Shown in pieces: positions 47,480 through 56,216 of a DNA stretch of 64,000 bases. Within the stretch, counting starts at the first letter, position 1. Each line of letters starts with the position of its first letter. Origin of the DNA: a virus (taxonomy: Duplodnaviria > Heunggongvirae > Uroviricota > Caudoviricetes); the IMG/VR virus record IMGVR_UViG_3300028048_000083, positions 59,364 to 123,363 of that record; one strand, 5' to 3'. The position numbers were made by a program, and so were the translations under genes. The notes beneath the pieces are model-generated. The model did no database searches and had not been told where the DNA came from. It was given only the letters and a program-made list of their open reading frames with translations.

Positions 47480-47686
47480 TTAAAAATTTAATTCAATTTC
47501 AATTCCGCTGTATGTGTCATAGGCTTCATACACTTCCTTCCCTCGCCAGTCATATGTGTCCCAGTCTTCCAGTTCCATATTATTCACAATCTTACTGATT
47601 TCCTTTGACAGTTCAGCATCGGTAACGTCATCGGAACACGGGATTTCCACAGTAGTGAACAGTTTTTTTACAATATTGATTTCCAT
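47480..47686 (-). CDS. hypothetical small protein
   Basis: 68-aa ORF. Confidence 0.35.
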   Translation of the reverse strand: MEINIVKKLFTTVEIPCSDDVTDAELSKEISKIVNNMELEDWDTYDWRGKEVYEAYDTYSGIEIELNF

Positions 47687-47695
47687 ATTATTAAC

Positions 47696-47971
47696 TTAAA
47701 AATTTTTCTCTAAATGGACTGTTGTCCAAAGTATGGTTACTCTATCAATCCTGCATTGTCCGTTGACAATAAACTTGTCGTTAAAATATACACTCAGCCT
47801 TTCCACCACCTCATCACGCGTATATTCGTGTTTGTCAAAATAAAAGGTACATTCCTCATTGTTGTCTTTATTGCTATAGAACGACAAGCCGTCTTCATGG
47901 TCAGAATACGGGAAAACCTTGAACAACCCCTTTACACCTTCAATTGCGTCATGTAAACTAATTTCGTGCAT
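47696..47971 (-). CDS. hypothetical protein
   Basis: 91-aa ORF. Confidence 0.4.
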   Translation of the reverse strand: MHEISLHDAIEGVKGLFKVFPYSDHEDGLSFYSNKDNNEECTFYFDKHEYTRDEVVERLSVYFNDKFIVNGQCRIDRVTILWTTVHLEKNF

Positions 47972-48252
47972 TATGCTAAATTTTCAGTATTCTCAAACAA
48001 ATTGCTTCTTATCCTGCCTTTGACTCGACCGTTCACTTCTGTCAGCCAGTCCGAATATGTTTTGGCAGTTGTGTACCAGTAGTCAATCACATTGCAGAAT
48101 TCATATCGCGGATTGATTTCCGAAGTCTTGTCTGAATAGGCATACTGGTCACCGACAATGTCAAGTATTGTGATTTTGTGCCCTTCACAATTAACCAGGA
48201 TATCTCCCTTTTCATATAATGGGTCATAAAAACCGCCAATGTTATTTTCCAT
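47971..48252 (-). CDS. hypothetical protein
   Basis: 93-aa ORF. Confidence 0.4.
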   Translation of the reverse strand: MENNIGGFYDPLYEKGDILVNCEGHKITILDIVGDQYAYSDKTSEINPRYEFCNVIDYWYTTAKTYSDWLTEVNGRVKGRIRSNLFENTENLA

Positions 48253-48313
48253 AATAGCTTTTTTGGTTTAATCTTTCACTTAAGCCGTTAATTATAATAT
48301 ACAAAAATTTTCG

Positions 48314-49108
48314 TTATTCAACGGGTTTTGGACAAAGTTTCACCAACTCGCTTCTCAAATTGTTGAATTTTTCCTGGTACTTCTCCTTATAATAGTCCCA
48401 TGTGGGGGTTTCAGCGCTTTTTATTTCCCACCACAAATCGTTGGCACACGAATAGTCATATATCTTGCCAGTCTGTGCAATCTGTATTGCAAACATGTAG
48501 ATGCGCATTGAGTGCCACAATGATTTTTGTCCAATCCTTAAGTCATAGTCTTTTTCAACTGTCAGCTTTTTCTTGGCTTTTACCCACGAATTACTGCAGA
48601 CAGCCGATACCGATTCGCGCAGTTTCCATTTGTCAAGTTTGAAATACTCTTGGTACATGCCTTTCGAATCACCTTTCAGGGTCGGTGAAAAAATACACTC
48701 TAAGGCGGCTATGTCGTGTTTTTCAATTTGTGCAATGAAGTCTTTCTCACACACAAACTGATAGTCTACGTTGGCAAATTTATCTTTATATTCGAAAATA
48801 TGTCTTGGATATTGCGACAGCAAATTATAAAAACTGTCGGGTACCACCACTAAATAGTCAGTATCTGAAACGCCTTTTTCATAAGTACCATACACACGAG
48901 ACCCACGGGCAACAGCGAACAAATATGTGGTGCTTTCAAGCTTATTGACCAATTCTGTTTCATATTTGTCAACATATTCATCCAGAATACTTTTCAATAC
49001 TGGAGTGACGTAACTGTTTTCATGTATATAAGGGCTTGCTGCATTTTTGTTATACAATTCCCTTAGGACATCTACCTGTTCCTTCAAGATTTCATATTTG
49101 TTTTTCAT
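48314..49108 (-). CDS. Pol-beta superfamily nucleotidyltransferase (COG3541-like), second copy
   Basis: YLFAVARGSRVYGTYEKGVSDTDYLVVVP matches the GS-x-YG...SDxD nucleotidyltransferase motif. Paralogous in motif to the 10206-11633 gene. Confidence 0.6.
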   Translation of the reverse strand: MKNKYEILKEQVDVLRELYNKNAASPYIHENSYVTPVLKSILDEYVDKYETELVNKLESTTYLFAVARGSRVYGTYEKGVSDTDYLVVVPDSFYNLLSQYPRHIFEYKDKFANVDYQFVCEKDFIAQIEKHDIAALECIFSPTLKGDSKGMYQEYFKLDKWKLRESVSAVCSNSWVKAKKKLTVEKDYDLRIGQKSLWHSMRIYMFAIQIAQTGKIYDYSCANDLWWEIKSAETPTWDYYKEKYQEKFNNLRSELVKLCPKPVE

Positions 49109-49112
49109 GATA

Positions 49113-49150
49113 ATATAACCAATTTCCGCCTGTTTTTTTCCTGAAAATTC
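49113..49150 (-). promoter_or_regulatory. Conserved upstream motif (class B), instance
   Basis: Plus-strand ATATAACCAATTTCCGCCTGTTTTTTTCCTGAAAATTC. Confidence 0.4.
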
Positions 49151-49451
49151 AAAGATTGTTAATCATCCAGTCGTGAAGCTTCTCGTTCAGCCGTTTTTCC
49201 TCGTCAGTTAAGTTTCCGTTTTTGTCTGGATAGTGGTAATGGGTGTAATAGTAAAGCTTGTTAAACAGTTTTTCACACTGTTTTTTGTCTTCTTTGGTTA
49301 TGATATGGTATATAATACTGGAAACCAAAGCGTGACATTTAACCTTTTTGGCAAGTGTCTTCTGACTAACAGCCGTAAAATCATAAGCACCGCCTAATCG
49401 GTTGGTCAAGTCATAAAGCTTCCATAGCATTTCAGTCTGCCATTTTGTCAT
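49149..49451 (-). CDS. hypothetical protein
   Basis: 100-aa ORF. Confidence 0.4.
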   Translation of the reverse strand: MTKWQTEMLWKLYDLTNRLGGAYDFTAVSQKTLAKKVKCHALVSSIIYHIITKEDKKQCEKLFNKLYYYTHYHYPDKNGNLTDEEKRLNEKLHDWMINNL

Positions 49452-49475
49452 ATGTTCGCGTTGTATAATTTGATT

Positions 49476-50153
49476 TCATAGTTCAATATCTTCTCGGCAA
49501 GGTTTTGTGATTTTGTTAAGTGAATAGACAACAAGTTCATCAAAATCACGAATGTCTTCATCTTTATTTTCCATTTCACTTAGTTTATAACCCAAATCAA
49601 ATGACGTACACGCATAGTGTTCAAGCATATCAGCCAGTTTACCCTTGAATACCATCAATCTATGATAATCATTTCTGCCTCTGTATTTATCCTCATTAAT
49701 AAGTGTGTCAACATCAAGATTTTTGGAAAATTTTATTTTCCGATAAACTTCGTCAATTGGCCAATGACCATCTGTCGGTTGCATAATCAAATGATGTTCT
49801 TTCTTAATCCTATCCTTGATTTCCTCGAAGGCATCTGCCTGTGCTTGTGCCTTGATACGGATTAAAGGGTCTGTTGTTGTAAGTGCAACCATATTTTTGT
49901 ATTTCCCAGTGTTTGCTAAAGCAGTTATTAAATTTTCGGCAAACTGTTCATACAAACTAAAGGCATATTGGACGGCGTCGGCTTTTGTGATTACATTCTC
50001 GTTGTTGTATAGTTCTTCATTTATGTCTTTCTCAGCCTGCTCATATCCGTATATGTAAGCCTGTCTTAATCCGTCTTCATCGGTAACTACCCCTGTTCTG
50101 ATTTCACTTGGCTCAGGAAACTCTTCAAAAGCCCTTTGTTCTGATTTTTTCAT
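49476..50153 (-). CDS. hypothetical protein
   Basis: 225-aa ORF. Confidence 0.45.
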   Translation of the reverse strand: MKKSEQRAFEEFPEPSEIRTGVVTDEDGLRQAYIYGYEQAEKDINEELYNNENVITKADAVQYAFSLYEQFAENLITALANTGKYKNMVALTTTDPLIRIKAQAQADAFEEIKDRIKKEHHLIMQPTDGHWPIDEVYRKIKFSKNLDVDTLINEDKYRGRNDYHRLMVFKGKLADMLEHYACTSFDLGYKLSEMENKDEDIRDFDELVVYSLNKITKPCREDIEL

Positions 50154-50171
50154 TTTAGTTCAAATTATATG

Positions 50172-50573
50172 TTAAACCAAATTTTCAAGACAATACTTTA
50201 TAGCTGCTTCGCAGGCTTGTTCTTTTTTATCTTTATTATCATTCAATCTTATTTCCGTACAAGGAATTGATAACTTAAAAATAATAGCGGAATAAGTCCA
50301 TTTACTATTATCAAATTGCGGAGGAGCAATTATATCAAGATTATGAACTTCCCTCAACCACTTCATTGCCATTTGGAGAGTTGGGGCACTGCAGTTAAAA
50401 ATTCCATCTTCTTTATTGAATTCGTCCCATTGTGAGTTAGTGTGACCCACATCAAAGGATAACTCATGTTCTCTATTAGTTTCGAAATATGCTCTATATG
50501 TCGACCAATTAAACCCTTTTTCTTTTAATAGTTTTGCTGTATTATATGATACATAATCCTCAAATAAATCCAT
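50172..50573 (-). CDS. hypothetical protein, paralog of 51457-51882
   Basis: Shares LAKLLKEKGFNW, MKWLREVHNL and EAAIKYCLENL with the 51457-51882 product. Confidence 0.5.
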   Translation of the reverse strand: MDLFEDYVSYNTAKLLKEKGFNWSTYRAYFETNREHELSFDVGHTNSQWDEFNKEDGIFNCSAPTLQMAMKWLREVHNLDIIAPPQFDNSKWTYSAIIFKLSIPCTEIRLNDNKDKKEQACEAAIKYCLENLV

Positions 50574-50574
50574 A

Positions 50575-51201
50575 TCAAATCATGTTAAGTGATTTTATAT
50601 ATTCATCCCATTCCTTATTCCTTTTCTCTCGAATAACTCTAGTGTCCTTATGCCATTGGAGAAGTTTTGGACAGTTCATGTGGTAGTGTTTCTCGCAATT
50701 GTCAACACAAGCCATATCAGTCCAAACCCGTTCGATACAAGTACCGTTGCGGCAAGGCATAGCGTCTTGTATCTGTTTATCAACCTCTTTGAAAAACTCT
50801 TGATACTCTCTGTCCACTCGTTTTATTTTTTTGTCTCTTGCGATTTCTGCTTTCCTAAAATTGTCATCTAAAACATCTTTCATGTTGTATTTCAACCAAA
50901 AAGGGTCAAGACTCGGTGGAACATCTTCAAAAGTTTCATCTGAACTGTCACCCTCGTCTTCCGCTTCAACAAGTTCCATTTTGTCCCAATCAGTCTTTAC
51001 ATGTTCAATATAACGGAGAAAATCTTCAACCGCATCCATAAATCCAAACGAAACTGTACTGTATCCATCTCCGTTTACACTGTTTGTTGCTCTGATGTCC
51101 CAGACTTGCCCGTCAAAACCGTTGTTTGCAATGTCAATTTCAACGTTCATGTCATAACGGTACAGGCACAAAATAAGCTTAAAGTAATCTTTACTCGTCA
51201 T
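50575..51201 (-). CDS. hypothetical protein
   Basis: 208-aa ORF. Confidence 0.45.
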   Translation of the reverse strand: MTSKDYFKLILCLYRYDMNVEIDIANNGFDGQVWDIRATNSVNGDGYSTVSFGFMDAVEDFLRYIEHVKTDWDKMELVEAEDEGDSSDETFEDVPPSLDPFWLKYNMKDVLDDNFRKAEIARDKKIKRVDREYQEFFKEVDKQIQDAMPCRNGTCIERVWTDMACVDNCEKHYHMNCPKLLQWHKDTRVIREKRNKEWDEYIKSLNMI

Positions 51202-51451
51202 CTTCTTTTTTCTTTTTCAAATAATCAAAATCCAAATTAAGTGTGTTCCAGACGTATTTCATGAACCAGTCTGGAAAACGCTTATAGATTATTATGTCAA
51301 TCCTGAAAATCCACCACATGAAAATAAGTGTAGGCATTGAATAACATACATCCAAAGTAAGACTGGGAAGTAGATACAAGTATCCCCAGTGTTTCATTGT
51401 CAAGAATTTGATTTCAATTGGAAATTTCTTTTTCCGATTTGAGTGTTCCAT
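51191..51451 (-). CDS. small membrane protein
   Basis: 86 aa with hydrophobic helices. Confidence 0.35.
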   Translation of the reverse strand: MEHSNRKKKFPIEIKFLTMKHWGYLYLLPSLTLDVCYSMPTLIFMWWIFRIDIIIYKRFPDWFMKYVWNTLNLDFDYLKKKKEDDE

Positions 51452-51456
51452 ATGTT

Positions 51457-51882
51457 TTACTTAATCAATTTGGTTAAACAGAATTTGATTGCTTCCTCAA
51501 CAGCCTCCTCGTAGGTATTTTTCTCGATAATGCCATCCATTGGTACTGTCGGAACATACTCTTTAGTAACATTTATGACATCGAAATCATACCAAATCTC
51601 CCCATTGGCATAATCGCCACAATTGATTTCTATGAAAAGACCGTGAACTTCCCTGAGCCACTTCATCACTACAGCAAGGCTGACATGCGGCAACCCGTCT
51701 GTTATCGTCGCACTGCTAAACGGAATGTCTGGGTCGTAATCTGGGTTTGGTTTCTCAATATGATACTGTTGAACCCAAACATCCCTGTCCTGCCAGTCTT
51801 CAAAGGGATTGGATTCCCAGTCAAAACCTTTCTCGTAGAGCAGTTTTGCCAATTCAAAATTAGCATACACTTCTTTGCACAT
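51457..51882 (-). CDS. hypothetical protein, paralog of 50172-50573
   Basis: LAKLLYEKGFDW, MKWLREVHGL, EEAIKFCLTKL. Confidence 0.5.
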   Translation of the reverse strand: MCKEVYANFELAKLLYEKGFDWESNPFEDWQDRDVWVQQYHIEKPNPDYDPDIPFSSATITDGLPHVSLAVVMKWLREVHGLFIEINCGDYANGEIWYDFDVINVTKEYVPTVPMDGIIEKNTYEEAVEEAIKFCLTKLIK

Positions 51883-51900
51883 ACTTAAATTTTATATATT

Positions 51901-52125
51901 TTAAAAAACAATCCAGTCAGTGATTTTTATGTCTTGTACATATAAACCGTTTACACCGTCATGGCTTTTAATGAACTCCGCTAGTTCTTTGGCTTTATCC
52001 TCCGAACTGCATATACTGTTAAGTTCATGCGAACCGTTAGTATAAATGGTTTCCACCGTCCATACAATGCCGATTTTGTTCCCTACTTCATTTTCCATCC
52101 CGAAGTTTTTATTCTTTTCAAACAT
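51901..52125 (-). CDS. hypothetical small protein
   Basis: 74-aa ORF. Confidence 0.35.
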   Translation of the reverse strand: MFEKNKNFGMENEVGNKIGIVWTVETIYTNGSHELNSICSSEDKAKELAEFIKSHDGVNGLYVQDIKITDWIVF

Positions 52126-52477
52126 TTTTGGCCAAGGGTGTATTGTAATTAAGGTGCCTGATATTCTCCAAATCTTCTGGAGGTATTTCGTTTCTCAGTT
52201 TTACATAAAAATCTTCCATAGCCTGTTCCGACTGGAAACAAACCAGAGCATCAATAACTTCATCAAAACAATGCACAATGCCAGCCTCAGTCAATTCTCT
52301 GTCAGCAACGCCGATTTCATTATTAGACCATTCAAATGTCCACAAATTGCAACTGTAATTAGTCTTCAGTTTGTCTTTAATCAAGGAAATTCTTTCGTCC
52401 TTTTTCAGATTGAAATATTCTTCCCTTCCATCGGATTTACCGATATACTCTTTTAACCTGTCAGTATATGATGACAT
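52118..52477 (-). CDS. hypothetical protein
   Basis: 119-aa ORF. Confidence 0.4.
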   Translation of the reverse strand: MSSYTDRLKEYIGKSDGREEYFNLKKDERISLIKDKLKTNYSCNLWTFEWSNNEIGVADRELTEAGIVHCFDEVIDALVCFQSEQAMEDFYVKLRNEIPPEDLENIRHLNYNTPLAKNV

Positions 52478-52482
52478 ACGGC

Positions 52483-53421
52483 TTACTTTATGTTCTCAAT
52501 CATTTCGATATTATCCATGTACCACTTGTGGAAATTGTGGTATTCAACATCACCGACTTCATTAACCACATTACGAAGGTCATCGTAGTCACAATGCTTG
52601 ATTTTGACAATGATGCGGTTACCGCGCGGGTCTTTGATTGGGACGACAGGTCTTGCAACAATGCCTTCTTCGATAAAATCAGGATTGTCAGCATTAGGAA
52701 CCTTGGTTTTGAAGCCTTCAATCACCATTTTCTCAGCTTCATCGATAGTCATTTGACCAAGATAAGGGACAACATCCAAACCGAGATTGCCACAGTATTC
52801 GTCCAACATATTGATTGGAATCCACCAACCCTGCTGGTAGATATCAAATACACTGAAACGGTTATTCTCCTTGTCATAGTTGCCGCCGCATTTCTGGATT
52901 TTCTTTCCGAAAAACTCGCCATAGATGTATACAGGAACCTCTTCCAGCTGCACACCATAGAAATTGCCGTTCTCTTTGAAGTCAACCTCATTGATGTTTG
53001 CGATAGGTTCACCACACTCAGCCCAATAATACTGAATCTGGTTTTTGTCATTCAGAACTGGGGTGAAACGGGCACTCTCTGGCGGAAACATTTCAGTCAG
53101 GATTGGTTTGATTCGTTCAATAACCTGGTCAAGCATGGCTTTCTGACCCGTTCCGACAATATCAGCGTTATCAGTCTTGCCGCCACAGAAACATTCGCCT
53201 GTTGATGGAAGATAGATAATTTTCGAATTGGTTCCATCCAGTTTCGAAAAACAGTCGAATTTCAAATCCTTAATATATTCCATGTAATCGTCGGAGAAAC
53301 AACCCATTATAATTTTGTTTTGGAATTTAGCCCAAATCTTGTTCGGAAGTTCCACCTTGTTAAGGTTTTTGTAACGACGGTACAAGGTGTTGATTTTTTG
53401 ATATGTAAGAGTTTTTTGCAT
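52483..53421 (-). CDS. ATP-dependent RNA ligase (Rnl2-like)
   Basis: Nucleotidyltransferase motif I FSKLDGTN (KxDGxN), motif IV EGIVARP, motif V IVKIKH. 312 aa. Confidence 0.75.
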   Translation of the reverse strand: MQKTLTYQKINTLYRRYKNLNKVELPNKIWAKFQNKIIMGCFSDDYMEYIKDLKFDCFSKLDGTNSKIIYLPSTGECFCGGKTDNADIVGTGQKAMLDQVIERIKPILTEMFPPESARFTPVLNDKNQIQYYWAECGEPIANINEVDFKENGNFYGVQLEEVPVYIYGEFFGKKIQKCGGNYDKENNRFSVFDIYQQGWWIPINMLDEYCGNLGLDVVPYLGQMTIDEAEKMVIEGFKTKVPNADNPDFIEEGIVARPVVPIKDPRGNRIIVKIKHCDYDDLRNVVNEVGDVEYHNFHKWYMDNIEMIENIK

Positions 53422-53565
53422 AATTAATTTGTTTTGATTTATAAATGAAATTGCATATTTTTTTCCTTGAACAACTATGCTTTTACTTTGAAAAGCTTTT
53501 CAACCGCTTTCTTGGTGTTGGTGGGGTTCATCGCATTGGTAACCTCCTTGCTCCATCGGTTTTTG

Positions 53566-53766
53566 TTACCTTGGTATTTCATTATTCTCTTTTTTTGTTC
53601 TATATACTTCTTTGCATAAATCGTCTATTTTCCCACAAAGTGCCGATAAAGGCTCATATGACGTGCAATAAAGTTTCCTGCTCAAAATTATGTGCCCAAG
53701 CAAGACGGTTTCCTGACGTGTCAGTTCAAGCACATACTTTTTACTGTCTTTTGTATTGGAACACAT
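53566..53766 (-). CDS. hypothetical small protein
   Basis: The ORF-track entry 53566-53961 is trimmed to the internal Met (MCSNTKDSKK...). The upstream part is low-complexity and overlaps the next gene. Confidence 0.3.
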   Translation of the reverse strand: MCSNTKDSKKYVLELTRQETVLLGHIILSRKLYCTSYEPLSALCGKIDDLCKEVYRTKKENNEIPR

Positions 53767-53773
53767 GGTTTTT

Positions 53774-54064
53774 TTAAATTTCAGTGTTGTCGTCTTCATA
53801 CTGTTCATGAAGCCAGATGAGAAAGTCATATCTTCCACCGAAAGTGTCCGTCTCTGGCCACCAGTGGTCATGTTCCTCAAGGGCGCCGAATTCAAGCGCG
53901 TTGTCAAGAGTGAACTTTGGGAACACATCGCGCGGGTCTTTGCCGATATACTCCTTGACATAAGGGGTCAAAGTGAATTTGTTACTGTGCCTCTGGGCAT
54001 ACTTCTTGTAATTGTCAACCAAAATGTTGATGGCTTCTCGTCTTGTCATTTTCTTGTTTTCCAT
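53774..54064 (-). CDS. hypothetical protein
   Basis: 96-aa ORF. Confidence 0.45.
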   Translation of the reverse strand: MENKKMTRREAINILVDNYKKYAQRHSNKFTLTPYVKEYIGKDPRDVFPKFTLDNALEFGALEEHDHWWPETDTFGGRYDFLIWLHEQYEDDNTEI

Positions 54065-54218
54065 TTTTATTTGTTGTTTTTACTGTTTACATTAAGACTG
54101 GAGTCACGGATGAAGTCAAAATCTTCAAGCATCTCTTGAGAACAAGTGTACTTTTCCATTTCGTTTCAGTTTAAATTATGATTTATGTTTACTGTTAATA
54201 TACAACTTTTTTTTGAAG

Positions 54219-54255
54219 ATATAACCGAAAACATTCGGTTTTTTCAACAAAAATG
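54219..54255 (-). promoter_or_regulatory. Conserved upstream motif (class B), instance
   Basis: Plus-strand GATATAACCGAAAACATTCGGTTTTTTCAACAAAAATGG, with an internal hairpin AACCGAA..TTCGGTT. Confidence 0.4.
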
Positions 54256-54267
54256 GAGGGAATTTTT

Positions 54268-55209
54268 TCAACCCTCCAGTTTTATGTATTTTGAAAATAT
54301 GCCCTCGGAAACCTTTTTGTATTGCTGTTCTTTTCTCTTTGCAACATTCCTTTCAAACTTCTTATATTGGCTGTTTCTACCGACCAAATGATTATGATAT
54401 TGCGGGAAATTGGATATACACCATTGTACAAGAAACCCCAGGGTTTCAAATTCAACTAATCTTCTACCTGTTATTTCACTATCAACATACCACATTTTTG
54501 TTTCATCATCCTGAAATAAGAATATCAAATTTCTGGCACTGGGACCATAAAAAATAACTTGATATTGTTGGTCTCCCCAATGGTATATTTGTATACCGCT
54601 GGCTTGGAATAATACCGCACAATCGCCATATCCACTCTTTTCAGCAACACTGGCATCGTCGGCATCAAAAGCAAAATCATACCCCGCACCATACTTGTAG
54701 TTTGTTGTACCAATACCTGGGGTATAAGCTAAATTGTCTATATCGACACCATAACTAAATCCCTCTTTATACAGTCCAGGTATATTGCTGCTACTAGTCA
54801 TATGAACAAGCCATTCGTTATGTACTTCTCTTCTAAAATCAGCCACACAGAATAAAGGTTCGTCAGTATCACCCTGATAGCTTACATATTGAATGAAATC
54901 CTCACAAAATGGCTTTAAATCGGTCTCGAAATATTCAGATAACGCTTCTGCCATTTCATAATCATCCCATTGGAGTATATCTTCAGGAACTTTATCTTGT
55001 TCAATCATCTGTTCAATCGTTTCATAAGCATTTTTGTTGTTTTCCAGATAATCACGGAACAGCCATGGTAGTTTGCAAGCACATTCCCACGCTTTTTCAG
55101 CATCGTCCATGGCAAGAAATTTCTTCAATGGAACCATGTAGTCTTTGTCAAGATACTCGTTCAATGCCTTCTTTACAATACTGGCTATGTGTTTTTCGTT
55201 GATATTCAT
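54268..55209 (-). CDS. hypothetical protein
   Basis: 313-aa ORF, the last gene of the long minus-strand block. Confidence 0.5.
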   Translation of the reverse strand: MNINEKHIASIVKKALNEYLDKDYMVPLKKFLAMDDAEKAWECACKLPWLFRDYLENNKNAYETIEQMIEQDKVPEDILQWDDYEMAEALSEYFETDLKPFCEDFIQYVSYQGDTDEPLFCVADFRREVHNEWLVHMTSSSNIPGLYKEGFSYGVDIDNLAYTPGIGTTNYKYGAGYDFAFDADDASVAEKSGYGDCAVLFQASGIQIYHWGDQQYQVIFYGPSARNLIFLFQDDETKMWYVDSEITGRRLVEFETLGFLVQWCISNFPQYHNHLVGRNSQYKKFERNVAKRKEQQYKKVSEGIFSKYIKLEG

Positions 55210-55434
55210 AATAAAGAGTCACTAAAGTCAAATATACAATAAATAGTCGAGTCCATGCAAAAAATTTCGCTTTATAAGGTCCTTAAGCTTAAGGATGAAA
55301 AAGAAAATATAAATTTAATTTTTATATTTTCTTTTTTACTTATACCTAAAGTATATTATAATATAAGGGACCTTTAGCGTACACACGCACATTTTATATT
55401 TAGCCACTATTTATATTAAAATACTTGCATACAA
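55210..55434. promoter_or_regulatory. Strand-switch region with palindromes (divergent promoters/operators)
   Basis: TCCTTAAGCTTAAGGA palindrome, AAAGAAAATATAAATTTAATTTTTATATTTTCTTT inverted repeat, and AAGGTCCTT / AAGGGACCTT half-sites, lying between the minus block and the plus cassette. Confidence 0.5.
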
Positions 55435-56214
55435 ATGGACAACGAAAAAAACACGATACTTAGCGAGGTTTACAAATACTACACAAACACCAGGAACTAC
55501 CTTAACGAAAGCCTCAATGAAGACGGATATTGTGTCACTGTCGACGACCAAATGTTCAATGACATACTTGACATGATAAACACAGGCACGTATAGTGAAA
55601 CAGAGCCAGGGCATATTCTCATTCCAACCGAAGGAGGTTACACGCTCCATATCACACCGAACAGTGGCATATACCTTGACGATGAAAGAGGCAATGAAAT
55701 GGAAGTCAACATTGACCAGCAGAAACTCAACCAAATAATGAACACCATTGCATCAAGGGACTACAAACAAGTTTCTGAGAACAGGAACAACCCGTTCACC
55801 AACGTGGAACAAGACCCTGAATCTGGCTTCATCAAATTTACCAAAAAGGGCAACGTTTCTGACGACGATGCCAAAAAAGCGATGAGAACGGCAGTCAACA
55901 AATCCAAAGAAAGACACAATGCCAAGCGTCAGGAAACAACCCCGTCTTCAATAAAAGACAAGAGAAACGACCCAGAATACATGGGAAAAGTCCACGGCTA
56001 TTGGAACAAAAGGCGCGACAACATGGCAGAACCCCACGGATATGGCACAAGCGGCACTCTGTCAATGTTCAAGGAAAGTACAGACGAAGCCGACATGTAT
56101 GACCCAGCAGCGGACAAGCCAGACACGACAGTCTACCCACCAAAGGGTCTTGGCATCAACGAAGCCAGACTGAACAAAATCATATCAAGAATAATCAAAA
56201 ACAAATTCAGATAA
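55435..56214 (+). CDS. hypothetical protein
   Basis: 259-aa ORF, the first gene of the plus-strand cassette. Confidence 0.5.
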   Translation: MDNEKNTILSEVYKYYTNTRNYLNESLNEDGYCVTVDDQMFNDILDMINTGTYSETEPGHILIPTEGGYTLHITPNSGIYLDDERGNEMEVNIDQQKLNQIMNTIASRDYKQVSENRNNPFTNVEQDPESGFIKFTKKGNVSDDDAKKAMRTAVNKSKERHNAKRQETTPSSIKDKRNDPEYMGKVHGYWNKRRDNMAEPHGYGTSGTLSMFKESTDEADMYDPAADKPDTTVYPPKGLGINEARLNKIISRIIKNKFR

Positions 56215-56216
56215 AA

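Noticed and set aside
53566-53961. Full-length 131-aa ORF overlapping 53774-54064 by 188 nt
   Set aside because: The N-terminal 65 aa are S/T/R-rich low-complexity sequence that overlaps a well-formed neighbour. Trimmed to the internal Met, it gives a 67-aa gene with no overlap.
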